A stretch of 64,000 nt of DNA from Neodothiora populina (lineage: Eukaryota): positions 310,001-374,000 of the forward strand of contig NW_027191411.1 in NCBI RefSeq assembly GCF_041146345.1, in the 5' to 3' direction. A program made the translations under genes and the position numbers. The notes under the pieces are model-generated. The model ran no database searches and was not told the origin of the DNA. It was given only the letters and a program-made list of their open reading frames with translations. Of the stretch, positions 48,153-60,553 are shown in pieces (the first letter of the stretch is position 1; each line of letters starts with the position of its first letter).

Positions 48153-50251
48153 TTTGTAGATTGAAGTTTCTGGCTGATACTGATTCTTTGGTTCGAATGT
48201 TGATATGAAGATATGAAGATAGAAGACCAGGATGTGTGAGGAAAGAGTATTGCTTTCTTTTGTAGTCTGCTTGATAGAAAGATGCAGTGATGTGTAAGAC
48301 TCGGAGGGAGTGAATATGAAGAAGATTGAAGGTATAATGAAAGCAATATCAAGACAGTACCAAACCCGCCTAGGAGACCTAGAGCATATACGTCTCTTGC
48401 CTATACTTCAATGCAACGATATATCAATACTCGCACCACAACGCAAGTATACTCAGACCACAATCCGGAATAACAATCCTTTAGGACACAAACTTTCACT
48501 AGCAAACACATTCATCAGCAAAACCCTGAAAGTACTCACCTACCTCATCTCACCTCGAACCAAGGGCTATGTGGAGTTCTCAGATAATAGGGTATGGTAC
48601 ACATGAAGTCGAGGTCGTCATGAACGATAATGACGACATCACCCAGCCAGCCCGTTCTTTCACCTCGGCTTGTAAACGTGAACACGAGGGTAACCCTGTC
48701 CTACTTTCGCGCCTTGCGTCTTCGCTGGGGTGGGTGTTTTGGTGCGCTGATTCAGAGGGGGAGAGGGGAGATGGATGATATGGATGGGCAAATGAGCATG
48801 TACAGTATGTTGATTTGTTCCTCTTCATGGTTGGGGAACTTGAATGGCTGTTTTCGTTGGTAAACATGCCATAACGGTTGAGACAAGAGCACATGATGGA
48901 AAGATCACCCGCCCTGTTATTCCATCGGTATTGATTGATGTCTAGATTGCTTGATGTTGACCCTTGCCCGCCTCGAGAGCTCGCAGTGGAAGTCAAGTTG
49001 TCGTACGCTGGCCAGATCGTGATAGGGCATAAGCATTCGAGAGATAAAGCCTCCTTCAAGGATGTAATTGTATAAACATAGACCCTTCGAGTCTATCCCT
49101 ACCTCCCTGCTCCGTAAGACGAATGATACAAGACCCCAAAAGGACAGCGTAAGAAGCGGGACCAATATGCATCGAATAATGAATACGCGTAATGCTACCA
49201 TACCGTACTGTGCTACAAACAAGCCCAAAAAAGCGAAAGAAAAAAACAGATCCCAAAGTACCAGTGCCTTCCCATCCAATCCCCATCCATTCACACCCCT
49301 TTCAAGCCCGCCATCGCCGACCGCCAGCCACCTAGCCCATTCCCTTTGCGCGCCTTCCAGAAAACATATGCTTTGTTTATTACGTCCCTTGAACAGGGAA
49401 CGAGAGAGAAAGCGAGAAAAGCTCCGATCCTCCCGCCAGGAGGGCGGCCTTACCTTGCCTGCTGTGTGCCTATATACGAACGAACGAACAACCGGCGCCG
49501 AGTATTATCCTCTCCGCTGCTTCGAGTAGCTCTTTCCTGTAATGAGGTTCAACTCCCATGTTGCCCCTGTGGTTTCTATCCCTCTCCTGCCTCTCACGTG
49601 AGACTCCGATCACCGAAAATGTTTTTCGAAAAGGAAAAAGACAACAGCACTTTGTGTTTCAGACGCAGAAGCAACCTCTCCCTGTACCGAGTATTCCACT
49701 TTCTAAATCCAAAACGACACTGATTCATCGAAAGTCCCAACAGAAGGCTGGTCTTTTGCTCGTGCGTGACACATTGCATCATGCCCGAATCGGAAAAGAC
49801 TGTCGGCATTTGGGCGCGTTTCAAATGGAAAGAAGAGAAAGAAAAGAGACAGGAAAGAAGCGTAAAAATCGGAGGAAGAAATCCAAACCTCTTGTATTTC
49901 TCATCTCGTCTTCTTCCTGTATGGCGTATTTCCGGGAGGCTGTCTACATGGAGAAAGCCGTTTCGTATGCTAGAAAAGATGAAAAGCCATCACATGGTGG
50001 AAAAACGGATCCGCGCCACTCAGGAAACAAGCGACAAAAAACCCCAAGAAAAGAAAAGCGCGAAAGAAGAAAAAGAAAAAACCACGCCTTTGCACACATT
50101 GCTTCGTAGTCAAAGAAGTCCAAAAACGCCACTATTTCTCTTTCTTTTCTTCTCTTCTCGCCTTCGTCTGCTTCCCAATGTCATGTTCGTTTCAGGATTT
50201 GTTGTTTTCGTATTGGTGACACATGTCTTTGTGTGTTATCAGACAAAACAA

Positions 50252-52558
50252 TCATCGATGGTGACCAAAGTCCGCATCGACAACCTTCTTTTCCTTCCGT
50301 GGCTTGACCACGAATTCAGTCATTAGTGAGATATGATCTGAGGGATGATAGATATGGGGGAAGCCGGGCACGCGTGACAGGTATTGCTTGTCAATATCAC
50401 CGAGTAGTCCGACCACCGATAAGGTGTTGGTCGAGTACCAGATGTAGTCGAGAACGCCGGCGAAGCTGGTCGTGTAATTTGTGAACTCGAGCTCGTTAAT
50501 GTGAGCGTAACTGGACTTTAAGCTGAAGGGATGAGCTACACCTTCTTTGGTGAAGTTTCCGTATTTGCGGCCAACAAGGTCATCGTGTAGACTTGAAAGC
50601 GAACCGTGAGTCAAGAGATCGTACACCCCGGAATCGGGGGTGGAGTTGAAATCTCCGCATATGATCATTGGGATTTCAGATCCCGAGCTGTATTTCTGCG
50701 ATGGAGCGGGCTGCTTCGTAGGAATGTCTCCATTCACATCATCTCCATTGGCGTATTTGAAGGGTTCCTTGTCCTTGAGAGGAGGATGATTGACCCAGGT
50801 GTCGCTCAATTGCTTCAGAGTTTCGAGAAGGATGGCGACTTGTACAACCTTGACGTCAGGGAAAGCAGGGTTCCAGAAGACGTGGATATTGACAACGATG
50901 TGCCTGGCACCGGTCGCACGGTTCTCCAAAAAGGTGACTGTGGCGATGTCGTCTCTGGTCATGACACGGTTGAAGATGTCGTGTTCGCCCTTCATGTCAG
51001 GTCTGTTGATGGCCTTGCGGCCGAATTCGACGACGGCCTTGTCCAGCAAAATGTACTTTGCGTTCTTGTAGAAAGTGGCACAGCCATCGACGAATCGCGA
51101 ATCCTTCTCGCCCATGGTCTGCGCTCTTGACTTTTGCCAGAACACGCCCTTGTAGTCGCTCCTCGCCAGCTCAGGTCGGAAGAAGTTGTCGAAGCTCTCC
51201 AGGTCGATCTCTTGCAAGCACAGGATGTCGGCGTCGCGTCCTTGAAGTTCGTTAAGGATTTGCTCTCTGCGGTTCTCCCAGGACAAAGCTCTTGTGGGTG
51301 CATGGCCGTAGAGGGCAAGGGTACAGGCTTTGTCGCACAGAATGTTGTAGCTCATGACTCGGAGGCGGTCGTCTTCGTTGACCGTCGATGAATCATCCTC
51401 GAGGGAGATCCAATCGCGCTCATTTGGAGGGGCAGGATCTTTGTCACACAGTCAGCCTTTACATCACCACACGTAAATTGAGATTCGGCGAGACATACCT
51501 GGAGCGGTCTCTCGTAGCTGGCGAACCAGCTCTGAGGGTCCCGACTCTGCCACGATGGCTTTGATGTCATCGTTCAGAGGATTGCCTTCGATGGCGAGTG
51601 TGTCAAGCTGGTAGAGATAGCCAAGCTCTGCCGGAAGGTGGTCGAGATGGTTGTCAACCAGCAGGAGAGTCTTGAGGTTCGTTAGCATTCCGATCTCAGC
51701 AGGTAGCTCAGTCAGGTTGTTTTGTGAGAGATCAAGGAAGGTCAGATTTCGTAGCAGGCCAATCTCCGCAGGTATCCACTGCAATTTGTTCTGGTTCAGG
51801 TAGAGTTTCTCCAGGAAGCCATATTTGAACAGATTACACGAGAGACCTTTCAGGCCTTGGCCGCTGAAGTCGATGGCGTCGAATTTGCCCTTGGGCTTTG
51901 GGGGCAGCTGAATCTTGCGCCATTGGTCGGGATCCTCCTTTTCCTTGTTCGCTGTTTGTCCGGAGGCCAGAGCCTGCCTACTGATGACATGTGCGTTCCT
52001 CGCGTAGTGATGTGGTTGGTTGGCGGCCCTTGACTCTTGCGCCAAGGACAACTGCTGTGCCCAGAACTCGCTGGTGGGCTTGCTCAGGGCGCTGTGGTTG
52101 CTCGAGGGCGTCCCCGACTGCAGATGGCTAGGCGTGAAATGCGGAGTGGAAGAGGAGAGAGTGCCCGAGGAGATGTTGTGAGTGTGATTCCCAAAGGCAG
52201 AGGCGTGTGGGTTGTGAGGAGGGTGGTCGTGGTGTTGTTGGTTCTGATGGTGGTTCGGATGCTGATGGCCGTGCTGTCCAAACTGCTTTGCTATGTTCAT
52301 CTGGTTGATGTACTGTTGGTGGCTTTGCCCGTTAAGCAGAGCATGTCGAGATTGATTGTGGTTCTGACCAAACATGGCTGCAAACGCGGGAGACTGAGTG
52401 CCAGGCGAACGGTTCGGAGAGGGAGTGTCGGTCGAGGGGAAGCCTATGCGGGGATTGTTGACAGGCGAGGCGTGTCGAGTGTGGATCTGTCGATTCTGCG
52501 TCTGCGGATTGTAGAAATATTGACCGGCTCCCTGGAACCGGAAGGCACCATCGGCCAT
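50252..52558 (-). CDS. CCR4: Ccr4 mRNA deadenylase (LRR + EEP nuclease), 748 aa
   Basis: Exons 52558-51499 and 51438-50252. Q/H-rich N-terminus and LRRs ([11 protein letters not shown]...); EEP motifs SYNILC, CLQEID, CGDFNS, LDYIWY and PSDH. Confidence 0.97.
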
Positions 52559-54420
52559 CTAAAGATAGAGGGACGGTGTCGATAGAGAGAAGGGTGTTGT
52601 GTCGGAGGCGAGGGTTTAGCGTAGGAGGCAGAGGTCGACGCTCGGCAAAGGAGATGGCGCAGGGGGAGGTCAAGTAGGAAGAAGAAGTGATGACGGTCTG
52701 CGGGTCTTTCTTTTCTTCAACATGAGCCAAGTGTACCCGCTTCCGCATGTGCCAACACGGGCCAAGATGCTGCTCTTCGTCTTCTCTTGCGCCAGTAGTT
52801 GTCTGTGTCTCTCACTCTTGCTTTGCTTCTGGGGGCCGAGTTGACGCAATCCGAATCAAGAGGGAGGAAGTGGCCACGTTCGAGAGAGGGGAGGTGGTGT
52901 CTCAGAAGCTTTGACGTCTGATTTGAAAGCACTTGCTTGCTGCTCTGCTCTAGCAGACTTGAAAGAGGCGAGTGACGCGTTTGCGATTGCTGAAGAAGCT
53001 GTTGAGGAGGATGGAGGAGAAGAAGGAGGCGTTTGGTTCGAGAGAGCGAGCGAGTGAAGGTGTCTGGGTGGGATTCCTGGTGACTGTATTGGCTGCGGGT
53101 CAAGCGAAAGAGTCAGCAGGGTGCGCAATTGACTTTGGACAGAGTCGCCATCCGACTGTGATTCCCATGTAGCTGCACCGGAGAGAAAAGTCGCTGAGCG
53201 AGGACAATATGGGTGCGGTGCAATTGCAGGTTGGTCCTGCTGTCGAGCCAGCCCAGCCTAGTCGCTTCTTCTTGGTGGAGCTGCCGCAAACGCCTCCTCC
53301 AACTTGTCCTCCCGCCTCTGCCACATCCAGATTGTGCGCATTGGTGGAGAGTTGACTTACAGTACAGAGCTGACCTCCAGGGCTACTTTTTGATGATGAT
53401 GACTAGATCGAATAATAAAATAGATCTGTGGTGCAATGAGTTCCGAGCTCCTCTCGCCCTCTGTCTTGTTCCTTGTCAGTCGGCGACGTACAAGCTTCGG
53501 CATTAGTCCGGTCTGTTTTATGCCAAGATCGACGAGCATGTCACGTGACCCCGTACAGAAATCACCCTACAATCACCCTCCGTCCATGCCACTGACGCCG
53601 TTCCATCGTCCACTAACGTATTAAAGTCCAGCCACTGCTCTCCACAATCGTAGATTCAGATCGTTGGACATGGTTGGACATGGGACGATGCCTCCTCAGT
53701 CCTACAGCTGATCATTGGCAGGGGCTCACAAAGCCTGGCATTCTGTGATCCACTCTCTGACACAGAATCTACCTTTTCTAGCTTCAAGTTGCTGCTACAG
53801 ATACATATGCAGCGATATCGCAGAGGTGCCGTAGCAATCTAGCCATGATGGTTTGTGTAGGCCGCGTATCTCTGCAATTGCGCGACAGCTTGTATTTGAG
53901 TGGCTGAAAGACAAGTCACGAGTGTTCTACCATGTTGAACTCACTTGGAGTTTCCTTTTTCTCCAGTGATAGCATGACATTGCATATTGGCTCTTTTACT
54001 GAGCTATATGCCCTGCCTAGCCTGCTTTGGCAATAGACACCTCACCCATCTAGCCAAACCCAGCATGTTGTTCATTGCCACGCAGAGGGCTTCTTGGAGA
54101 ATGCTTGCGTCTTCTTACGCCATGTGTATTCCTTGATCTCTGGCAGCCATTGTTGGCCAATGCTGACGATAGAAGCTATCGATTTGTCCCCCGCTCCGCT
54201 TCGCTCGGCCCGGCGAGGTACAGTAACTTACCCTTACCTTTACCTCACATCCACATTACTGTACACAAAGCTTGAGACCACCGAGTCAACTTGAGTCGAT
54301 CAATTCTGTCACAATCACCACCAAAGGTCGCTGTATCTCATAGACAGTCACGCGCATATCTCATACGGCTCGCCTAGTGTTCGCTCTCAAGAGGACTTGA
54401 ACAAGAGTCGATAAGCCACA

Positions 54421-55606
54421 ATGCCGCCGCCGCCGCGACCTCGACACCTCCCCCTCCCTATCGCTGGCTCCGTGACCAATACGCCACGACTACCTCCCAT
54501 CACCACCGCGCAGCGTCGCCAAAAATCAACCTCCTCGACAGATCCCGAACCCCCAGCAGCGGCACTCTCTCCGCGCTGGCTATCGGATCTCAAGTCCCGT
54601 GTGGGGAAATGCATAACTTTCGGTCTGTCATCGTCTCAAGTCGGCGTCGCAGGGAAAGTAATGGGCGAGATCGCGCGGGACTGGAGGGATCTGGTCGCGG
54701 AACGGGAAGGGTTCCTGACCGGGCCGCAGAGGAGGGGGTTGTATAGACATACGGTTGTTTGGGGCGAGATGGATAGTATGGTGAGTCCTCTTGATTCGCG
54801 CACGTGAAGATGATGGTTGTTGCTCGATAATGTGTTGCTTCTCCTTCCCTCTGTGGGAGATGAGAAAAGAAGGCTGATAGTAGGCGAAACGAAAAGGGTG
54901 AGTACATCGTCTTCTACCCTCTGCTGTGCTAGCTACTGTATTCTCCTTCGGCACTATCTATGCACTACGTCCAAAACTATAGAAAGAACTGAAATAGAGA
55001 GAGGTAGGTCACGTCAATAATGTCACATACAACCGCTATGCCGAATCCGCACGTGTGGAGTGGGCCAGGAAATATGCCACATACATCGACCCCGCTCATC
55101 GAGTGGAATGGGGTCAACTGTGTACGAACAAGGGAGACGGGCTCATAATGAAGAGCATCAAGACGGATTTCAAATTTGTCAGTCAACACGTCTTTCTTCT
55201 CAAACATCTTTTCTTTTGCTGACCGGATGGATTTGTTGATTGGCATAAGCCCATGACATGTCCAGATCACATCACGGTGTATCACAAACTGGCCCAGGAG
55301 CCGGAGGCGGGATCGAGCTCGTTTGTGCTCGACGTGCTTATATTATCCGAGCTGCACCAGCGGCCCGCCGCGAGACTTAGCGAAGATCTTGTCCTATATG
55401 ACTACACGCAGGGCAAGAAAGCTCCGCTTAGACCATTCATGCTCGACGCCTTCAAGCAGACTTGGAGACTGCAGGAGGAGGCCAGAAAGGCCAGCAGTGA
55501 GAAAGTGAAACAGCTGCTCCACACGGTCAGGCAGTTGGAACTGGACAGCTGGGATAGAGCGGACGCCAAAGAGGACTTTGGCAGTGCAGCGGCATCGGGC
55601 CAATGA
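54421..55606 (+). CDS. Hot-dog-fold thioesterase (4HBT-like), probably mitochondrial, ~295 aa
   Basis: Exons 54421-54780, 54897 (1 nt, proposed), 55008-55177 and 55250-55606, giving WGEMDSMGHVNNVTYNRYAESAR...FKFPMTCPDHITVYHKL. The N-terminus is Arg/Pro-rich and presequence-like. Confidence 0.85.
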
Positions 55607-56963
55607 GAGGTGCACATCGTCATGTACAACAAGAAGAACTTTGAGCTATAGCATGTCGTGATCAACGGGTCTGACATATAAGGGCAGTTCGCCGTTTTTT
55701 CTTTGGATTCTTGAGTATCCGTGGCTACTGGCTGTCTCTTGACTAAAGCAGCTCGATGCACTAAGACACGCAAGCTGAGCCCGAAGTCCTCATGTACACG
55801 TACACTGTGACTGAACAGACCAACAATGTACAGTATTTCCCTGCTTGCAACATACAATCTGCGGTGTGGCACATGGACTGGTTCTTGTCATTTAAGAAGA
55901 GAGGGGAAAAAGCCTTGATGAACATATGTGGATCCCCAATGCGGACGGATAGTCTTATCGGATGTCAGACCCCGCATTGGAGTCTTCTGTTCTACTGCAC
56001 GCTGTCTTATCTTACCTCAGTAGATGTGATAGACGATGAAACACAGCCGCTTCAGAACGGCCAATGATACAACCGTGTGGATAGATTCGTGTGCTAGCAA
56101 GATGCAGTATGAGCAGCAGGGACCGCGTGATGTTGCACTCCGAGGGTTCTTCTTGTTATGCATGTGCAGTGTGCAAACGCGCATGGTGACACGCAAGTTG
56201 CATATACAAGCAAGTATGCCTCGTGATACGGCATGGCTGCGCGAGGCAAGAAAAGGCAAGGCAAGGCAAGCATAACAACAACAACAACGACAACGTCAAC
56301 GACAGCGATCGCAGCCCAGCATCAAATGCGAAGGTTTGCCGACGGGACAGCACGGCTATATTTGCTCGCTCTGCAGCCTCCAATCTCGAAAAAGCCCGAG
56401 GTGCAGGGGAGAAAGAGAAAGATCGTCGTTGCTTTTCGCCAACCCCATGAAAGCAAGATCGACCTTTTGTGGATCACATAGAGTAGAGGCAAGAGGGAGA
56501 AAATTGATGCAGCTCCCACCCCCCCCCATCGAGTCATAGATCGTAGAGAGAGAGGAGAAAAAGGGCAGCAGTGCATGCGTGAATGCAAGCTTTGACCGAA
56601 GCTTCGGATAGAGTTAGCTGCCTTAGCACACCTTACCCAGAGAAGCAGTCGGCCACAGAGAAGCCGGGATTCTAACAGAAGCACCGAACGGTAGAAGGGC
56701 CCTGTGGCCCTGTGGCTCTTCCCTCAGCCGCGGTTCTTTGGCATGCGAAAACTTGGTTAGAAGGAAGTTTAACCCGGGGTTGGAAGCGGCAGAAGGAACA
56801 CCATGACTGTATGGGTTTTTTTAATGAAAGGCGGTGACCTTGGTCGATGTGCCGTTCTGCATATTAATTAGTTTTGGTTGTCAGTGCTCTTCCCGTAACT
56901 TGTACCTGAGCGAAGAAAGATTCGATGGTCGAGCGTCAGTGATAGGTACTTGGGTCTACTGCC

Positions 56964-56994
56964 ATTATCATCATCATCATCATCATCACCACCA
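56964..56994. repeat. (CAT)n/(CAC)n trinucleotide microsatellite
   Basis: Directly visible; intergenic, upstream of acrB. Confidence 0.85.
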
Positions 56995-57484
56995 CGGTCA
57001 TCGTCAAACCACCGTCGGGCGACTATAGTACAGTGCAGCATAAACCTTTTCGGCTGTTGTGCAAGAGAGAGAATCTGTGCTCCAGAATCTCCACCGTTCT
57101 GTCTTGTTTCTGCGCGAGAGTGGTAAAAGACTCGACGTAAAAAGAGCAAAAACAGTAATTAGCAAGACATGACATCGCAGCCACAGATGCCAAGACTTTC
57201 CTAGTGTGTGCATAATTGCATGAAGGCGTTTCTTGTTTGATCTCCCTATATTTCCCCTCCGAAGGCATGAGAAAGACTAGCATTTGACACCAATAAGAAT
57301 TAATCCCACACTTAACCACCACCACCACCATCACGAGCTGCTGCTGCCACAGCGCCCCTCCCCCCTCCCATCACGATCATTATCGCATAGACGCCGACTT
57401 CCTTTTTCGAAATTGATAGAAACCACCCATCGCGCCTCGTCCCCGCCAGGCTCGCGAGGATTCTGACGAGCTGGCGGCGCGCTG

Positions 57485-60400
57485 ATGCCGCCTAAGGCCA
57501 AACGCAACAACGCAAATCAGCACGACAAACGTCATGAGAGCGGCCTCGCTGCTCCTGGAAAGCGCATCACCAAGCAGAAGTCAAACCCGAGTCTTAATGG
57601 TCAGGCAAACGGAAAGGCGGGCTCCGGTGTGCCTCCCCCGCCGCTTCCGTCGACTGGATTAAACCAAGGTCTGGTTTTCCCGAGACCGGCGAATCACACC
57701 AATTCGACCGAGACCATCGCTTCCGCTTCCGCTGCTGCTGCTGCTGCGAAAGGAGAAGAAAGGACTGGCTGCTTGGCTGGAGGAGTAGCAGGGGCAGGAC
57801 TAGGATTAGGAGGAGCAGCAGGAGCAGGAGGTGGATCAGGAGGACTAGGGATTGGTGGAGGAGCTGGGGTGGCCGGGTATGAAGAAAAGGGTCGCGCGTC
57901 TCCCTCTGTCTCTGTAGAGGACGACGCATCGACCATGACATCGAGTCAGGCAGACGAGCCCGCGACTACCAAAGTCATTCGTCGCGTGTCCGAAGGCCCT
58001 GCCTACAAGACGTCGATCGTCAGTTCCGCCAGCAGCAGTCTTGCCCTGGCAGCGACAATTCTCACCTCGTGCCCGCTCCGCGACGCCATCGCCATCCTCA
58101 TTCTTCTGCTCTCTCTGCCGCCTACTCTCATCATCACCATTCACACTCTTTTCGCATCTCTTACGTTTGTCCCTCCGGCCACTGCTAACCTCTCATGGAA
58201 CACCTTTACCTCTTTCCCGCCAATAGGAGACTGGTTCCATGCCACCGCGGCCGGGGGACCGTCTATTTTCACCATGTTGACCGCCGACGCGGTCATGACT
58301 CTCACCTACTTGTGCAGTCCGTTATTCGCCCAGAGCGTCTATCTGGATTTATGTCAGGCAGTCATCGCCATTTCTCTCAGTGGAGCCACCGCCGGCAAGG
58401 GTGGCCCTGCTAACAGTGTGGCCATTTGTAGCGTCATTGTCTTCCTGACCCATTTCTTACGATATAACAAGATTCACCTAGCAGGCTTCGACTATCTCCG
58501 CTCTGTTTTGCATAATCTGGGTACGCCCATCACTTGGACTCCGACCCCGGTTTCCGCTCACTCGGTCTCTTCTCCGCCCATTTATGGCTGGCCTCGCACC
58601 TTGCTTGGCTGTCATATTCTGGCTCAAGGCCTTCTCACTCTTCTGCGTCGGACACTGCAGTCGTATTCAAGCCACCAACGCGCGAATGCGATCAAGAAAC
58701 AAGACCCCGAAGCAGCATCACTGGCAGAAGGCAACAGGGCGTCGATCAGCGCTGGAAGCGGCGAGCAAGACCCTGTGGGCAGTCTGAGTACAGATGGAAG
58801 ACCCCCTGGGCCGTCGCCCGCGTTACGAGACGGAGAGAAGCGGCTATCGAACAACAAGCGAAAGCGGAAGCAGGCCAACCAAGTCAGGAGCCAGCAGCCG
58901 CTTTGGGCTGCTATCGGAAGCACAAAAGTCACATTCTTGAAGGAGATGGAACAGAAACAGGCCTCGAGGGATGCCATCGAGGCCGAAACAGCAAACAGCA
59001 ATCACGCGGACGGGCTGAGAGAGGAGTCCGACACGGATCGTTTCTGGATAACTGAGATTGGAGCAACCGAGATTCTCTTCCGCGCAGACTTGTCTGCGTG
59101 GTCGAGCAGAGACGCATCGACCAAGACGGAAACCGGAACACTTATCAGCGCGGGAATCGACAAGACCAAGCCTTTCTTTGTTCGCATCAACGGTGCAGAC
59201 TGGGGCTCGACGAGGATCAGCGGGGTGGCCAAGGGTGATGCGGATGTCAAGACGGCAACAAAGATCTGGACGGGCGAGATTTACGGACTCACTCCGCTGA
59301 CCAAGTACAGTTGCGAGTTTGTGGGTCTCTCTGATTCCCAAGTCATCTGCAGCACCAACGTCGTCACTCTGCCCGCGCCGAGCGCTGAACAAGGTAGGCT
59401 AAACATATCAAATGTTCTACAGCGCTTGCAGCTGACAGTTGGAGCCTCTGTCGTTCCACCACCTCCACAGCATCAGGCGCTTCGCCCGCTTTCGCCAGTC
59501 TCGACGCTGAAGCAATCCATTGCTGCCGCAGAGATGAAGCGCGACGAGGCTCGCAACAAGCTAAAAAGAACTCGCAAGGATCACAAGAACGCCGCATCTG
59601 CCATACGCAAGGAAATCGAACAGCTCCACAGCAAAGTAGCTTCCGCCGGAGGACAAGACGAACGCCAGCGCCAGCGCATCATGCAGTTGACGCAGCATCT
59701 GCGCCAAGCGAACGATGCCACTGCCGCGCTCAAGGATGAAACCGACGCGCTGGGCGAGATCCCCGAGGACGAGCTTACCGAGTACGACGAGAAGAAGCGC
59801 GGTTGGCAGGCAGTCCGTGACAAGAGAGCAGCTGCCCTCGCGGAGATGGAAGCTGCCAAGGCCGAAGCGCAGAAGGAACTCGGACAGCTGAGCTCGGAGC
59901 TCGCGTCTCTGGCACAGAAGAAGGAACGTCTCCTGGCACGCGGTGGAAAGCTCAACGAGCAACTCGAACGTCTGACTGTGCAGAAGAACGCCGACACCTC
60001 GGCTCGACAGAAGCACGACCACGACCGCGCAGCGCGCTTACAGGACTACCATCGCCGCGAGAACGAGATGCTCTACTGGATCGCCAAATCTAACCAGGAA
60101 GCCGAGGAACAGAACATCAATGCGAACCATGCTTTCCAGCAGATGGAGTATGTCAACACGATTGTCGCCCAGGCTCAGTCGACCATGTCTGGACCGCCGA
60201 CTCCCGAAGGCGATCTGCCAGGCACCAACGGACTTCAAGGCAGGGCGAATACCTTCGACTTTCCCATGTTCCGCACGTTTCCTGCAACTTCTATCCCGAA
60301 TCATGGCATCAACAATCAACATCAGTTCCGGGGCGGACGAGGACGCAGCAGCTCGATGCTATCGGGTTACAGCGGCTTCACCGACGACCTGGACGTGATG

Positions 60401-60553
60401 CCTGGCATGGAGGAGAACAAGAGCGAGGGTAGTTCTGGCAGCAGCGGTGCCAGCCAGGGTGACCTCATGAGTCCGCGACCTCTGGTTAGCAAAGCGATGA
60501 GCCCGATCGGACCTCCTTCTAGTGGAGTCGGAGCGAGCCCCAAGCGTCGATAG
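57485..60553 (+). CDS. acrB: AcrB-like ubiquitination network signalling protein (TM segments, FN3-like region, coiled coil)
   Basis: N-terminus RHESGLAAPGKRITKQKS; CPLRDAIAILILLLSLPP; QVRSQQPLWAAI.STKV; FFVRINGADW; C-terminal coiled coil. Probable in-frame intron at 59394-59444. Confidence 0.8.
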   Translation: MPPKAKRNNANQHDKRHESGLAAPGKRITKQKSNPSLNGQANGKAGSGVPPPPLPSTGLNQGLVFPRPANHTNSTETIASASAAAAAAKGEERTGCLAGGVAGAGLGLGGAAGAGGGSGGLGIGGGAGVAGYEEKGRASPSVSVEDDASTMTSSQADEPATTKVIRRVSEGPAYKTSIVSSASSSLALAATILTSCPLRDAIAILILLLSLPPTLIITIHTLFASLTFVPPATANLSWNTFTSFPPIGDWFHATAAGGPSIFTMLTADAVMTLTYLCSPLFAQSVYLDLCQAVIAISLSGATAGKGGPANSVAICSVIVFLTHFLRYNKIHLAGFDYLRSVLHNLGTPITWTPTPVSAHSVSSPPIYGWPRTLLGCHILAQGLLTLLRRTLQSYSSHQRANAIKKQDPEAASLAEGNRASISAGSGEQDPVGSLSTDGRPPGPSPALRDGEKRLSNNKRKRKQANQVRSQQPLWAAIGSTKVTFLKEMEQKQASRDAIEAETANSNHADGLREESDTDRFWITEIGATEILFRADLSAWSSRDASTKTETGTLISAGIDKTKPFFVRINGADWGSTRISGVAKGDADVKTATKIWTGEIYGLTPLTKYSCEFVGLSDSQVICSTNVVTLPAPSAEQGRLNISNVLQRLQLTVGASVVPPPPQHQALRPLSPVSTLKQSIAAAEMKRDEARNKLKRTRKDHKNAASAIRKEIEQLHSKVASAGGQDERQRQRIMQLTQHLRQANDATAALKDETDALGEIPEDELTEYDEKKRGWQAVRDKRAAALAEMEAAKAEAQKELGQLSSELASLAQKKERLLARGGKLNEQLERLTVQKNADTSARQKHDHDRAARLQDYHRRENEMLYWIAKSNQEAEEQNINANHAFQQMEYVNTIVAQAQSTMSGPPTPEGDLPGTNGLQGRANTFDFPMFRTFPATSIPNHGINNQHQFRGGRGRSSSMLSGYSGFTDDLDVMPGMEENKSEGSSGSSGASQGDLMSPRPLVSKAMSPIGPPSSGVGASPKRR

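Noticed and set aside
49068..50326. K/R-rich + strand ORFs of 125-186 aa
   Set aside because: They are the complement of the T-rich CCR4 3' region; a compositional artefact.
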